Made by a program: the position numbers and the translations under genes
Shown here: piece by piece, positions 55,782 through 64,000 of the stretch
How the letters are laid out: every line of letters begins with the position of its first letter
Position numbering within the stretch: position 1 is the first letter of the stretch
IMG/VR virus record: IMGVR_UViG_3300032296_003307
Span: 204,740-268,739 of that record
Length of the DNA stretch: 64,000 nucleotides
Reading direction: 5' to 3' (one strand)
Notes under the pieces: model-generated
Told to the model about the DNA's origin: nothing
Seen by the model: the letters and a program-made list of their open reading frames with translations, nothing else
Database searches by the model: none

Positions 55782-56992
55782 AAAATTGATTTGTAAAACT
55801 CTGCTCTTGTTTTTGTTACTGTATTTAAATCGTAAGTGTCTTTTACCGTTTCATATAATCTTTCACCCATATCTTTAACCATATTGGGATTATTGATTAA
55901 TTTTTTAATGAACTTATACCAATCACCATGATTTCTGTTTTCATCAACTAAAAGTGCGTTTCCGTCAACAAAGTTACCATTTTTTAGACAATGTTTCAAA
56001 TCAATAGTGTAGGGACCTACATTTGATGCGATAAGAGCCTTTTTGTAAAATCCCGCTTCAATAACTTTTAATTGAGACTTCATTCTGTTGAATACGTGAT
56101 TTTTAATTGGTGCTAATGACACATCAAATTTTGAGTAATTTTTTGCGTATGAAGTTACAGGTCTTGTCCAAACCCTTTGGTAAAAATTATTATCCCATTT
56201 AGTTGGACCTTCAAATTCTTTCCATTTCATAAGTTCAGTTTTATAGTCCGCCTCAACCATTTTATAATTGTTTGTAACAATTTCTTCATATCTAGCCCAA
56301 ACAGTTTCATGAGGTTCAATTGGTCTTCTTTTCTGTTCTCCCGTGTCTTTGTTAATTTCAGTTACAACTCCTCTAATGTCAAAACCACATAAATAAAACT
56401 GTGTTTCGTTTCTATGAGACTCCAAGTAATTACCTAACCCCTCTATTAACGCCATGTCGTGTAAATGTGAAGAACCTCCTAACCAACCAATTCTTAATTT
56501 ATCGGACTCTAAAGTAGGTTCCATAAACTGACCTTCCTTTGGATTAATTGCGTTAGGAAAAACAACAACATTTTTATTTAATTTACTAATTTCATCTGCG
56601 AAAATTTTTGTAGTTGTCATGACATAACCCGCAACCTTTAAATTTGCCATAATTTTTTCGTGAATTTTTTGTTGCACAATAATTTGATGTATTGGGTGTT
56701 CTTTTGTAGGTAACCAATAATCATCTAAATCCATGATAGTTTTAATTCCCATCATGTTTAGTATTTCTATAAATGTTTTTGCTTTATCATAATCACCACC
56801 TATAGTTCTATGAAAATGAACTATTTGATAGTTAGACCAAAAAGACAAATCGTCCATATTTGGTTCATACTCAATATCTACGTGAAAATCGTTTGGATAT
56901 AAGTTTTGTAAAAAAATGTGAGGGTCGACCGACCTAAACTTACCTACGCCTGTTTTATCTGAAGGCACTACTAAAACTTTAATTTTTGACAT
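55778..56992 (-). CDS. Glycosyltransferase, GT-B fold
   Basis: MDLDD, IGWLGGSSH and DVSLAPI...FNRMKSQLKVIEAG. Confidence 0.8.
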   Translation of the reverse strand: MSKIKVLVVPSDKTGVGKFRSVDPHIFLQNLYPNDFHVDIEYEPNMDDLSFWSNYQIVHFHRTIGGDYDKAKTFIEILNMMGIKTIMDLDDYWLPTKEHPIHQIIVQQKIHEKIMANLKVAGYVMTTTKIFADEISKLNKNVVVFPNAINPKEGQFMEPTLESDKLRIGWLGGSSHLHDMALIEGLGNYLESHRNETQFYLCGFDIRGVVTEINKDTGEQKRRPIEPHETVWARYEEIVTNNYKMVEADYKTELMKWKEFEGPTKWDNNFYQRVWTRPVTSYAKNYSKFDVSLAPIKNHVFNRMKSQLKVIEAGFYKKALIASNVGPYTIDLKHCLKNGNFVDGNALLVDENRNHGDWYKFIKKLINNPNMVKDMGERLYETVKDTYDLNTVTKTRAEFYKSIL

Positions 56993-57041
56993 CTTATTCT
57001 TTTCAGAAAAAGATACAAAAAATTACGTAAAAATCAAAAGA

Positions 57042-57632
57042 TTACTTAAGTTTTTTAATTTTAGAGATTTTTCCTTCAAAAATATGTTGACCAACTCTGA
57101 ATGAAAATAAATCATTTGATTTTGATGTTGACTCAACTAATAAACCGCTTTCAGATAAAATCTCACGTACGGCTTCTTTTACCATCTTTTTAATGTTTTG
57201 TGTTTCAGAGACATTTTGTCTTTGAGGTTGTCCTTGAGGTTGTTTCTTTACGGTTGTTTCTTCTTCTGAAAACAAATCTTTTTTCATTAATCTCGCCGCT
57301 TTGTTAACCAATTCATCACTTATTGATGGTCCCGCCATGGACGCAGGAGGTGCGATTGGATGCTCAATCATCAGTCTTTTTATTTCGTCAGGTAATTTAG
57401 AACTCATAATTCTATCCTTAGTTTGTGGAACTGGTGTTGAATTTTGTTTTTGTATTACCGCTTGTTCTGACATTAAAAAATCTTGTGGTATATTATACGA
57501 AGCTTGAGGTGTGTCAAAGTTTTCTACTATTGGATTAGAAACTGATTTATTGGCTCTAGGTGTATCGTTGTGTCTATCCATTATTTTTTTAGACACCATT
57601 AATTTCTGCATTAAAGAATTTTCGTCCATCAT
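57042..57632 (-). CDS. Hypothetical protein
   Basis: 196-aa ORF. Confidence 0.7.
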   Translation of the reverse strand: MMDENSLMQKLMVSKKIMDRHNDTPRANKSVSNPIVENFDTPQASYNIPQDFLMSEQAVIQKQNSTPVPQTKDRIMSSKLPDEIKRLMIEHPIAPPASMAGPSISDELVNKAARLMKKDLFSEEETTVKKQPQGQPQRQNVSETQNIKKMVKEAVREILSESGLLVESTSKSNDLFSFRVGQHIFEGKISKIKKLK

Positions 57633-57644
57633 ATTACTATATTA

Positions 57645-58025
57645 TCAAAATTTACTATTAATTATAACACGATTCATGCTTTTGTCACCATTAAAATTGT
57701 ATCCTGGTCTTGGAGTGTTAAATTTTTCTGTTGTTGGTTTAAACGACATTATTTTATCTAATCTAAATAATCTCCAAGAAGGTAAAGGTAAAACACCTAA
57801 GTACGCTTTGTGAGACGAGCCTTCATAGTCCCAAGCTCTTAAAACCAAGTTATTCGCCTTAGAATACCCTAAACATACAGGTTCTATTAAACGCAGACCT
57901 TTACCGCCAGGTTCGTCCCCGTCATAATAGATTACCGTGATATCTTTGTTTTTTATTGCTTTTTGAACGTCATTCAAATTAGCAACCTCCAACAGAATAC
58001 CTTTTAAGGTGTTTGTTAATTTCAT
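57645..58025 (-). CDS. Stand-alone WYL-domain protein
   Basis: AI.....V.IYY......G.R.IEP..LG......LRAW......WRLFRLDKI. Confidence 0.75.
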   Translation of the reverse strand: MKLTNTLKGILLEVANLNDVQKAIKNKDITVIYYDGDEPGGKGLRLIEPVCLGYSKANNLVLRAWDYEGSSHKAYLGVLPLPSWRLFRLDKIMSFKPTTEKFNTPRPGYNFNGDKSMNRVIINSKF

Positions 58026-58315
58026 TAAAAATCGGGATACCTTTTATTCTTATTGTATTTGTTTATTTTTATTTCAAGTTTTCTTTCAACTACATCTATA
58101 CTAGTACCCGCATCTTCATTGAAGATATCTAAAAATACTCCTGTACCCCTACCCAAAGTATCTCCATCGGCAATTGCGTCAGGTGAAGTAACTGAGTATT
58201 CGTCTGCTTTAGGCGTGTAGTCGTTTTTAACTTGGTTTACAACTCTTTGTCTGTCAGCAATTGCGGTTAACAAGTTAGTTGGTTGTGAATAATCTAAAGG
58301 GATTAAAGTTGCCAT
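58025..58315 (-). CDS. Hypothetical protein
   Basis: 96 aa, overlapping both neighbours. Confidence 0.65.
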   Translation of the reverse strand: MATLIPLDYSQPTNLLTAIADRQRVVNQVKNDYTPKADEYSVTSPDAIADGDTLGRGTGVFLDIFNEDAGTSIDVVERKLEIKINKYNKNKRYPDF

Positions 58316-58779
58316 AAATTTTCCATTAATTGATTTATCCTTTTGAGGCTGTTTAGTGCTTGCTCATTCATGTGTTTATCAACACCTGATTTGTGCGATT
58401 TTGATGGGGAATTGTTCATGTTTGATAATTGAGGTGAATAGTCTCTGTCCATTTGCATTCCCGTTTCTCTTTTGTTTCTGTCGGTCATTTCTAAACCTCT
58501 ACGAGCACCTGATAAGATAGATTCAACAAATTGTTTCATTTTAAGACCCCCATTTAAATTAAATTCAGGTCCATTTTGGTCACCTTTAAAAGAATCGAAA
58601 AAATTTTTAATTCTTTTTGCTTGTTGATATGTCATAGAGGTAGACCCTTGTAATTGTCTATTTCTTTCAAACCCGTCCTTACCTTGACCCGCAGCGCCGT
58701 GTTGTCGATACATATCTATAAGATGTTTTCTAACATCTTCAGGCATTTCGAATTTTTGACCATATAAATTACTATTCAT
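58303..58779 (-). CDS. Hypothetical protein
   Basis: 158 aa. Confidence 0.7.
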   Translation of the reverse strand: MNSNLYGQKFEMPEDVRKHLIDMYRQHGAAGQGKDGFERNRQLQGSTSMTYQQAKRIKNFFDSFKGDQNGPEFNLNGGLKMKQFVESILSGARRGLEMTDRNKRETGMQMDRDYSPQLSNMNNSPSKSHKSGVDKHMNEQALNSLKRINQLMENLWQL

Positions 58780-59620
58780 TCTTTAATAACATCATTAAAT
58801 CTCTAACAGACAAACCTTCCTTATTTGCCATTTTTTTCAACGCTTTAATATTCCTTCTTAACATAGAACTCGCGTCAATATCTTTTTTAGATATTTCGTG
58901 GTCATCCGTTTTTTTATGTAACAAATCTTCAATCATCTTCATCATCTTTTGTTTTTGTATTTCTGATAAAGTTGCTTTTGTTACAAAATTTTTATCTTTA
59001 TAATATTTTGAGCTTTTATCTCTTTTACCTGAAGGGTCTTTACCAAACTGTTTTGTTCTGTTATACGCCTCTTCGGGTTCCATTTCCATCTTATCTTTTA
59101 AGTACTTAAATGTTTCTTTTCCGTCTAATTCTTCGGTTTCTTCATATCCAAAGGCGTCCGAATAATCAACTTCTTGGATTGTTGGTTCGTCTTCTGTTGA
59201 TTCTCCATAATACACACGATAAGTTCCTGTGTATGGTGGTTTTGGCGTTCTTGTCGCTCTTACTGTTTGGTCCATAGTTTTTCTCGGATGCATTGACATA
59301 TCTAAAATTGGTGTAGAAGAGTCACTCATGGTTCCGTCAAAATCAATTAACTCTGAAACTTCTCCATTTTTTTTACTAACACGTGTAATAATTTTTTTCA
59401 AATCATCTATTGTGTATTTTTTGTCTTTTTGTTTACCCAAGTTAGAAACAACTTTTTTTAATTCCTTTTGATTTTTTTTAGGAACAGAAATTTTTTCGTC
59501 TTTTTTTCTTGCTTCAGAAAGTGTTCTTTGTACTGAAAAATAGACATCAATAGTATTTGCATTCTCCTTTAAGAAGAAGTAATACGGTTCAGCATAATAT
59601 TCTTTATTAAGTTCTATCAT
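58772..59620 (-). CDS. Hypothetical protein
   Basis: 282 aa; TATTTAT on the minus strand at 59638-59632. Confidence 0.7.
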   Translation of the reverse strand: MIELNKEYYAEPYYFFLKENANTIDVYFSVQRTLSEARKKDEKISVPKKNQKELKKVVSNLGKQKDKKYTIDDLKKIITRVSKKNGEVSELIDFDGTMSDSSTPILDMSMHPRKTMDQTVRATRTPKPPYTGTYRVYYGESTEDEPTIQEVDYSDAFGYEETEELDGKETFKYLKDKMEMEPEEAYNRTKQFGKDPSGKRDKSSKYYKDKNFVTKATLSEIQKQKMMKMIEDLLHKKTDDHEISKKDIDASSMLRRNIKALKKMANKEGLSVRDLMMLLKNE

Positions 59621-59663
59621 AATTACTAACTATAAATACATCATTAAAGGTATTTATTTTATA

Positions 59664-62291
59664 ATGGCTTATCAAAACATCAATCAATACGTCTATAACA
59701 AGTGGTATTTATTGGGAGTATACACTGGTGATGACATCTCCTTAGCGTCCGACGAAAGAAATTACAACGAAGAAGTTGTTTTTTCTACCGACATTATAGG
59801 CGTTGATGATGGTAATCTTCTACCAATAAATATCAACTTTAACAGTACTGCAAATACTCAGACTTTTGATATTTCTTATAATTCATACAACTTTAACAAT
59901 ATTATAGTCTCGTCCAATTATTGGACGCCTGAAAATTTTGACCCGAATTGTATAACAGCACAAACAATTTGTGACATTGGTTTGACAGGCACTGATAACG
60001 GTTTGGTTACCGGAATGACAGGTCAATCCATTACTATAACAAATGGGGTATTGACCGGCTCATCAAAATTTAATAGATATACTTTTGGTAGACAAATGAA
60101 GTTTCACCAAGTTACAGGATATACTGCAAGTCCAAACGTTAGATTTTCAGGTGTTCCTTCAGGTGCGACATATGCGATTGTAACAAAATCAGCCAGTACA
60201 ATAGGGACTTATCAAGAATTTTATGGTGGTTTTTATCAAGGTTTTTATTCTTTATTTGGATACGAATATGACGTATTACCATACAGACAACATAGAGGTT
60301 GGACTGTTGAAATGTTGTTAAAGCCGAGATTATCTGATGAATATTCTCCGCCGTCAGGATATGCAACTTTAAACGGATTTTATCCGCAAAACAAAAATAT
60401 TTTCTTTTACTTAGGAACTAGAGCGGAAAACAAATATTGGCATCACGCTGACGGAACAAATTCTGGTGATACAGGTTACACAAGAGTAACTTCGGGTCTA
60501 ACAACTCTTCTTACTTGTGCTTGTGCAGACACGGGAGTTACCAACTCAAGCTGTATTCATGTATACCCCCCAACAGGATATACAACCGCACATACCACTT
60601 GTGATTGTGTGTGTACTTGTGGGTATTGTAACACACTTGTTCCCGAACCCGAAGACGACCCGTTATACGATTCAATGTCAAACGCTCTTGCGTTGAGATT
60701 GAGTGGTGACCCAGGAAACCCACATATATGTGTTAGGGTACTTAGGATGACAGGTGATTGTGTAACCACCGGTACTTGTGTCACAGGTGAAACTTCTTTA
60801 ACAGGTTATACGTTTGAGGAATTTTGTTCTTCTAAAGGAATATACGATTACTGTACAGGAACGACTTATTTAGAACAGGAACACTGGTTTCAGGTAGACG
60901 CCGTTTTTGAAAGAAAATATTGGTTTGACGAATGTGATTTATATTATAGGGGTGGTTTAGGAACGATTACATCATATCCTTTTTCCGCAACTGTTGTAAA
61001 TCAAACACTATCGTTAATCCAACCACCAACAACACATGAGAATATTGTCCCCCCAAAATTAGAAATTGTTGAATTAAATAATATGTGGTTACTTGAAAAG
61101 GACTACAGAAAAGGTACATTTAAAATTTACGTAAATGGAATGCACATTTTTTCTATTGAGGATTTTGAGGAAATCATACCTAGAGGATTATCAACAAGAA
61201 AAGAAAGACAAGTAGGTGTTCCTTTTAATATATCAATTGGGGGAGGAACACAAGGTCTACACGATAATTTAGTATTCAGTGGTTTACCCACAGGAATTAC
61301 AAACAACTATATTCAAGACCCTGAGTTATTTCCTGACAATATTCTTAGTGCCACTACCTTGAGTGGTCTTAACACTAATATTTTAATTGAAAAATATTTT
61401 GCGGGAAATTTTGAGGGGGGTATTTCTCAGTTTAGGTTTTACAACAAACCTTTATCTGTACCTGAAATACAACACAATTACAGAATATTAAATACTGACT
61501 ACGAATTATTTAATGAGTTCTGTCCAACTTGCCCACCAGTTCCAACACCTACACCAACCCCAACTGTAACTCAAACCCAAACTTCAACTCCAACACCAAC
61601 ACCTACCGAAACTGTAACACCAACAGTAACTCAGACACCGACAACAACACCAACGCCTTCAGTTACACCGGGAATTACACCTACAATGACATCGTCACCA
61701 ACACCAACACCGTCTTCAACTCCTGTGTTCGATTTCGGATACTTGTTCATAGAACCACAATCAGGTTCAACAAATATTGGTCAATACTTGTACGATTTGG
61801 GTCTAAACTTCTTCGGATTTACAAACTTGTCATCTCCAGATACTTCTGATGCATCTCAATTTAACATAGATATGAATAGATATGTTGACTTCAGTGGTTG
61901 GACTTCAGGACTGTTCCCATCTGTAAGAAGTCAGTTTATACCTCAAACATCAGGTGGTGTTGATGGATATGGAAATGCAATAGTTGCTTACAACTTCACA
62001 ACACACGAAGTTCCTGCTAACACAGTAATCGGTCCTGCTTGGTTTATTTGGATACTTCCTGTTGATTCAACTAATAACCAAATCCAAACCATGATTGATT
62101 ACAATAACAGTGGTAATCCAAATGATTTGACTGGCGTTAATACCGAAGGAACATTAAGAGCAAATACATTTACATACTCAGGTAGTACAATACCGCCTGA
62201 TACATATAGAGTTTACACAACATTTACTGACGTTGCGTTCTATCTAAACAATACCGATGATATTTATTTCAAAGGAAACTCAGTTTCATAA
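59664..62291 (+). CDS. Large beta-rich putative virion protein (LamG/ConA-like features, Cys cluster, PT-repeat linker)
   Basis: WTVEMLLK, KIYVNG and FEGGISQFRFYNKPLS.PEI..NY are LamG-like; a (PT)n tract precedes the C-terminal domain. Confidence 0.65.
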   Translation: MAYQNINQYVYNKWYLLGVYTGDDISLASDERNYNEEVVFSTDIIGVDDGNLLPININFNSTANTQTFDISYNSYNFNNIIVSSNYWTPENFDPNCITAQTICDIGLTGTDNGLVTGMTGQSITITNGVLTGSSKFNRYTFGRQMKFHQVTGYTASPNVRFSGVPSGATYAIVTKSASTIGTYQEFYGGFYQGFYSLFGYEYDVLPYRQHRGWTVEMLLKPRLSDEYSPPSGYATLNGFYPQNKNIFFYLGTRAENKYWHHADGTNSGDTGYTRVTSGLTTLLTCACADTGVTNSSCIHVYPPTGYTTAHTTCDCVCTCGYCNTLVPEPEDDPLYDSMSNALALRLSGDPGNPHICVRVLRMTGDCVTTGTCVTGETSLTGYTFEEFCSSKGIYDYCTGTTYLEQEHWFQVDAVFERKYWFDECDLYYRGGLGTITSYPFSATVVNQTLSLIQPPTTHENIVPPKLEIVELNNMWLLEKDYRKGTFKIYVNGMHIFSIEDFEEIIPRGLSTRKERQVGVPFNISIGGGTQGLHDNLVFSGLPTGITNNYIQDPELFPDNILSATTLSGLNTNILIEKYFAGNFEGGISQFRFYNKPLSVPEIQHNYRILNTDYELFNEFCPTCPPVPTPTPTPTVTQTQTSTPTPTPTETVTPTVTQTPTTTPTPSVTPGITPTMTSSPTPTPSSTPVFDFGYLFIEPQSGSTNIGQYLYDLGLNFFGFTNLSSPDTSDASQFNIDMNRYVDFSGWTSGLFPSVRSQFIPQTSGGVDGYGNAIVAYNFTTHEVPANTVIGPAWFIWILPVDSTNNQIQTMIDYNNSGNPNDLTGVNTEGTLRANTFTYSGSTIPPDTYRVYTTFTDVAFYLNNTDDIYFKGNSVS

Positions 62292-62302
62292 GTAATAGTA
62301 TA

Positions 62303-64000
62303 ATGAGTAATTTACCATATAAGAATCCGTTAACCGCACTTCAGTTAAACAGTCAACAATCAATACCAAGAAACGTAAATAGAGGTGTATCTTTTTCCGT
62401 GCTCAATACGGGTGGATATATGGAAGTGTACACTCTTGGTGATTTAATATGGAATTACTCGGGTGAAACTCTTCAAACAATTACCGGTTCAACAATACCA
62501 ATAGATTTTTATAAAGGGGGAAACACAGCATTTCAACCCGATGTGTTAACTCTTAACTCGGACAACATATCTACAGGTCGTAGAAAATTGGGTATGTTAG
62601 CATATGTTTATGAAACGGATTTAATATATCAGTTTCACATTGACAATTATGATGCGTTATGGAGTGGTGCCACAGGAGCGACAGGTGTAGGTGGTCCAAC
62701 TGTGATTCAAAATCAATTTGGAACTACGGTTAAAAATAATTCTGTTGCGGGTCAAAATTTTATTAATGCATGGACCGCATCTACTATTGAAGGTGTTGGG
62801 GGAGTGTCAAGAAGTAATGCAAGGTGGAGAGTATTTAGCGGGTCACTTGCGGTAATAACAGGTGGAACGGTTAGTGGTGGAACCACACTTATTTTAGATA
62901 CTAACTACGGTACTCAAATAGAAGTAACAGGATTTACTTCAGGTACTACTGTAACGGGTGGCACATATGACTATACCACAGGAAATTTAACATTAGACAA
63001 TTCTAACGGTACATTTGAAATAATTTCGGGTGTGACCGGTGTTTTAATAACAGGAGGCACATATTTTAGCGGGACCTCCACATTAGATTTGTTTGATTCA
63101 ACAGGAGGCACCATATCAATAACAGGTGTTACCGCAGGTACTTCAGGTACTTCAGGCACTTCGGGTACAAGTGGTACTTCGGGTACTTCCGGTACAAGCG
63201 GTACTTCAGGCACTTCGGGTACAAGTGGTACTTCGGGTACAAGTGGCACTTCAGGAAGTTCAGGAACAAGTGGGTCTTCGGGAAGTTCAGGTTCAAGTGG
63301 TACTGATGGTAGCTCAGGTACTTCAGGAACTAGCGGAACAAGCGGCACAAGCGGTTCTTCAGGAAGTTCAGGAACAAGCGGTTCTTCAGGAAGTTCAGGA
63401 ACAAGTGGTACTTCGGGAAGTTCGGGTTCTTCGGGATTGAGTGGTGTTGATGGAACTTCAGGTACATCAGGTTCAAGCGGAACTAGCGGAACAAGTGGTA
63501 TAAGTGGTTCTTCGGGAAGTTCAGGTACTAGTGGTTCTTCAGGCTCTTCCGGAACTAGCGGAACATCGGGAACTAGCGGAACAAGCGGCACAAGTGGTTC
63601 TTCAGGAAGTTCAGGAACAAGTGGTTCTTCAGGAAGTTCAGGTTCATCAGGAACATCAGGGACTAGCGGAACATCAGGTTCATCAGGAACATCAGGAACT
63701 AGCGGAACATCAGGTTCTTCAGGTACTAGTGGTTCTTCAGGTACTAGTGGTTCATCAGGCACTAGTGGTTCATCAGGCACTAGTGGTTCTTCAGGAAGTT
63801 CAGGTTCATCAGGAACATCAGGTTCTTCAGGCTCAAGCGGTACTAGTGGTACATCGGGAACTAGCGGAACAAGTGGTACAAGCGGCACATCAGGTTCTTC
63901 AGGGAGTTCAGGTTCTTCAGGTTCAAGTGGTACTAGCGGAACAAGCGGCACTTCAGGAACAAGTGGCACATCAGGTTCTTCAGGAAGTTCAGGTTCTTCA
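62303..64000 (+). CDS. Putative fibre protein with Gly-(Ser/Thr)-Ser triplet repeats (3'-truncated)
   Basis: Frame reads open from ATG 62303 (MSNLPYKNP...) to the window end. It is absent from the ORF track because it has no stop in the window. Confidence 0.85.
   Translation, partial: MSNLPYKNPLTALQLNSQQSIPRNVNRGVSFSVLNTGGYMEVYTLGDLIWNYSGETLQTITGSTIPIDFYKGGNTAFQPDVLTLNSDNISTGRRKLGMLAYVYETDLIYQFHIDNYDALWSGATGATGVGGPTVIQNQFGTTVKNNSVAGQNFINAWTASTIEGVGGVSRSNARWRVFSGSLAVITGGTVSGGTTLILDTNYGTQIEVTGFTSGTTVTGGTYDYTTGNLTLDNSNGTFEIISGVTGVLITGGTYFSGTSTLDLFDSTGGTISITGVTAGTSGTSGTSGTSGTSGTSGTSGTSGTSGTSGTSGTSGTSGSSGTSGSSGSSGSSGTDGSSGTSGTSGTSGTSGSSGSSGTSGSSGSSGTSGTSGSSGSSGLSGVDGTSGTSGSSGTSGTSGISGSSGSSGTSGSSGSSGTSGTSGTSGTSGTSGSSGSSGTSGSSGSSGSSGTSGTSGTSGSSGTSGTSGTSGSSGTSGSSGTSGSSGTSGSSGTSGSSGSSGSSGTSGSSGSSGTSGTSGTSGTSGTSGTSGSSGSSGSSGSSGTSGTSGTSGTSGTSGSSGSSGSS
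63137..64000 (+). repeat. 9-nt-period coding repeat (GTS/GSS)n
   Basis: About 95 consecutive Gly-X-Y triplets with varied synonymous codons. Confidence 0.95.

Noticed and set aside
62971-63969. 332-aa minus-strand ORF of (PEV/PLV)n
   Set aside because: It is the antisense shadow of the GTS/GSS repeat; the plus-strand frame from 62303 is the coherent gene.
1-64000. Stop-codon reassignment as seen in some large phages
   Set aside because: Core genes are full length under the standard code, coding density is high, and no canonical suppressor tRNA was found.

Overview
An AT-rich 64-kb segment of a large T4-like (myovirus-type) phage genome. The host is very likely a Bacteroidota member, judged from TTTG-N20-TAnnTTTG promoters, A-rich leaders without Shine-Dalgarno sites, a Bacteroidota-type bS21 and a DUF4494-like gene. 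From left to right it holds: (1) accessory and cell-wall genes (SGNH hydrolase, GH19 lysozyme, holin-like TM+GAF protein, M23-like protein, peptidoglycan-binding protein); (2) an RNA region with 11 tRNAs, several tRNA-shaped non-canonical RNAs, a ~520-nt structured ncRNA candidate and a tmRNA; (3) an N-domain-less ClpC with a divergent double-UVR protein; (4) the head module (terminase, portal, bS21, prohead protease, scaffold, major capsid protein); (5) a gp5-like baseplate spike and a gp55-like late sigma factor; (6) a ~15-kb nucleotide-sugar and glycosyltransferase cluster with PhoH, dUTPase and an exonuclease; (7) Ser/Thr-rich putative fibre proteins, the last running off the window end. 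The best candidate for a new system is a 22-codon leader ORF (3194-3262) in front of the tRNA array. It overlaps mutually exclusive antiterminator and terminator hairpins, and its codons 8-15 match the elongator tRNAs encoded downstream, which suggests a tRNA-depletion-sensing attenuator. All calls come from reading the sequence and recalled motifs; no database searches or folding programs were run.
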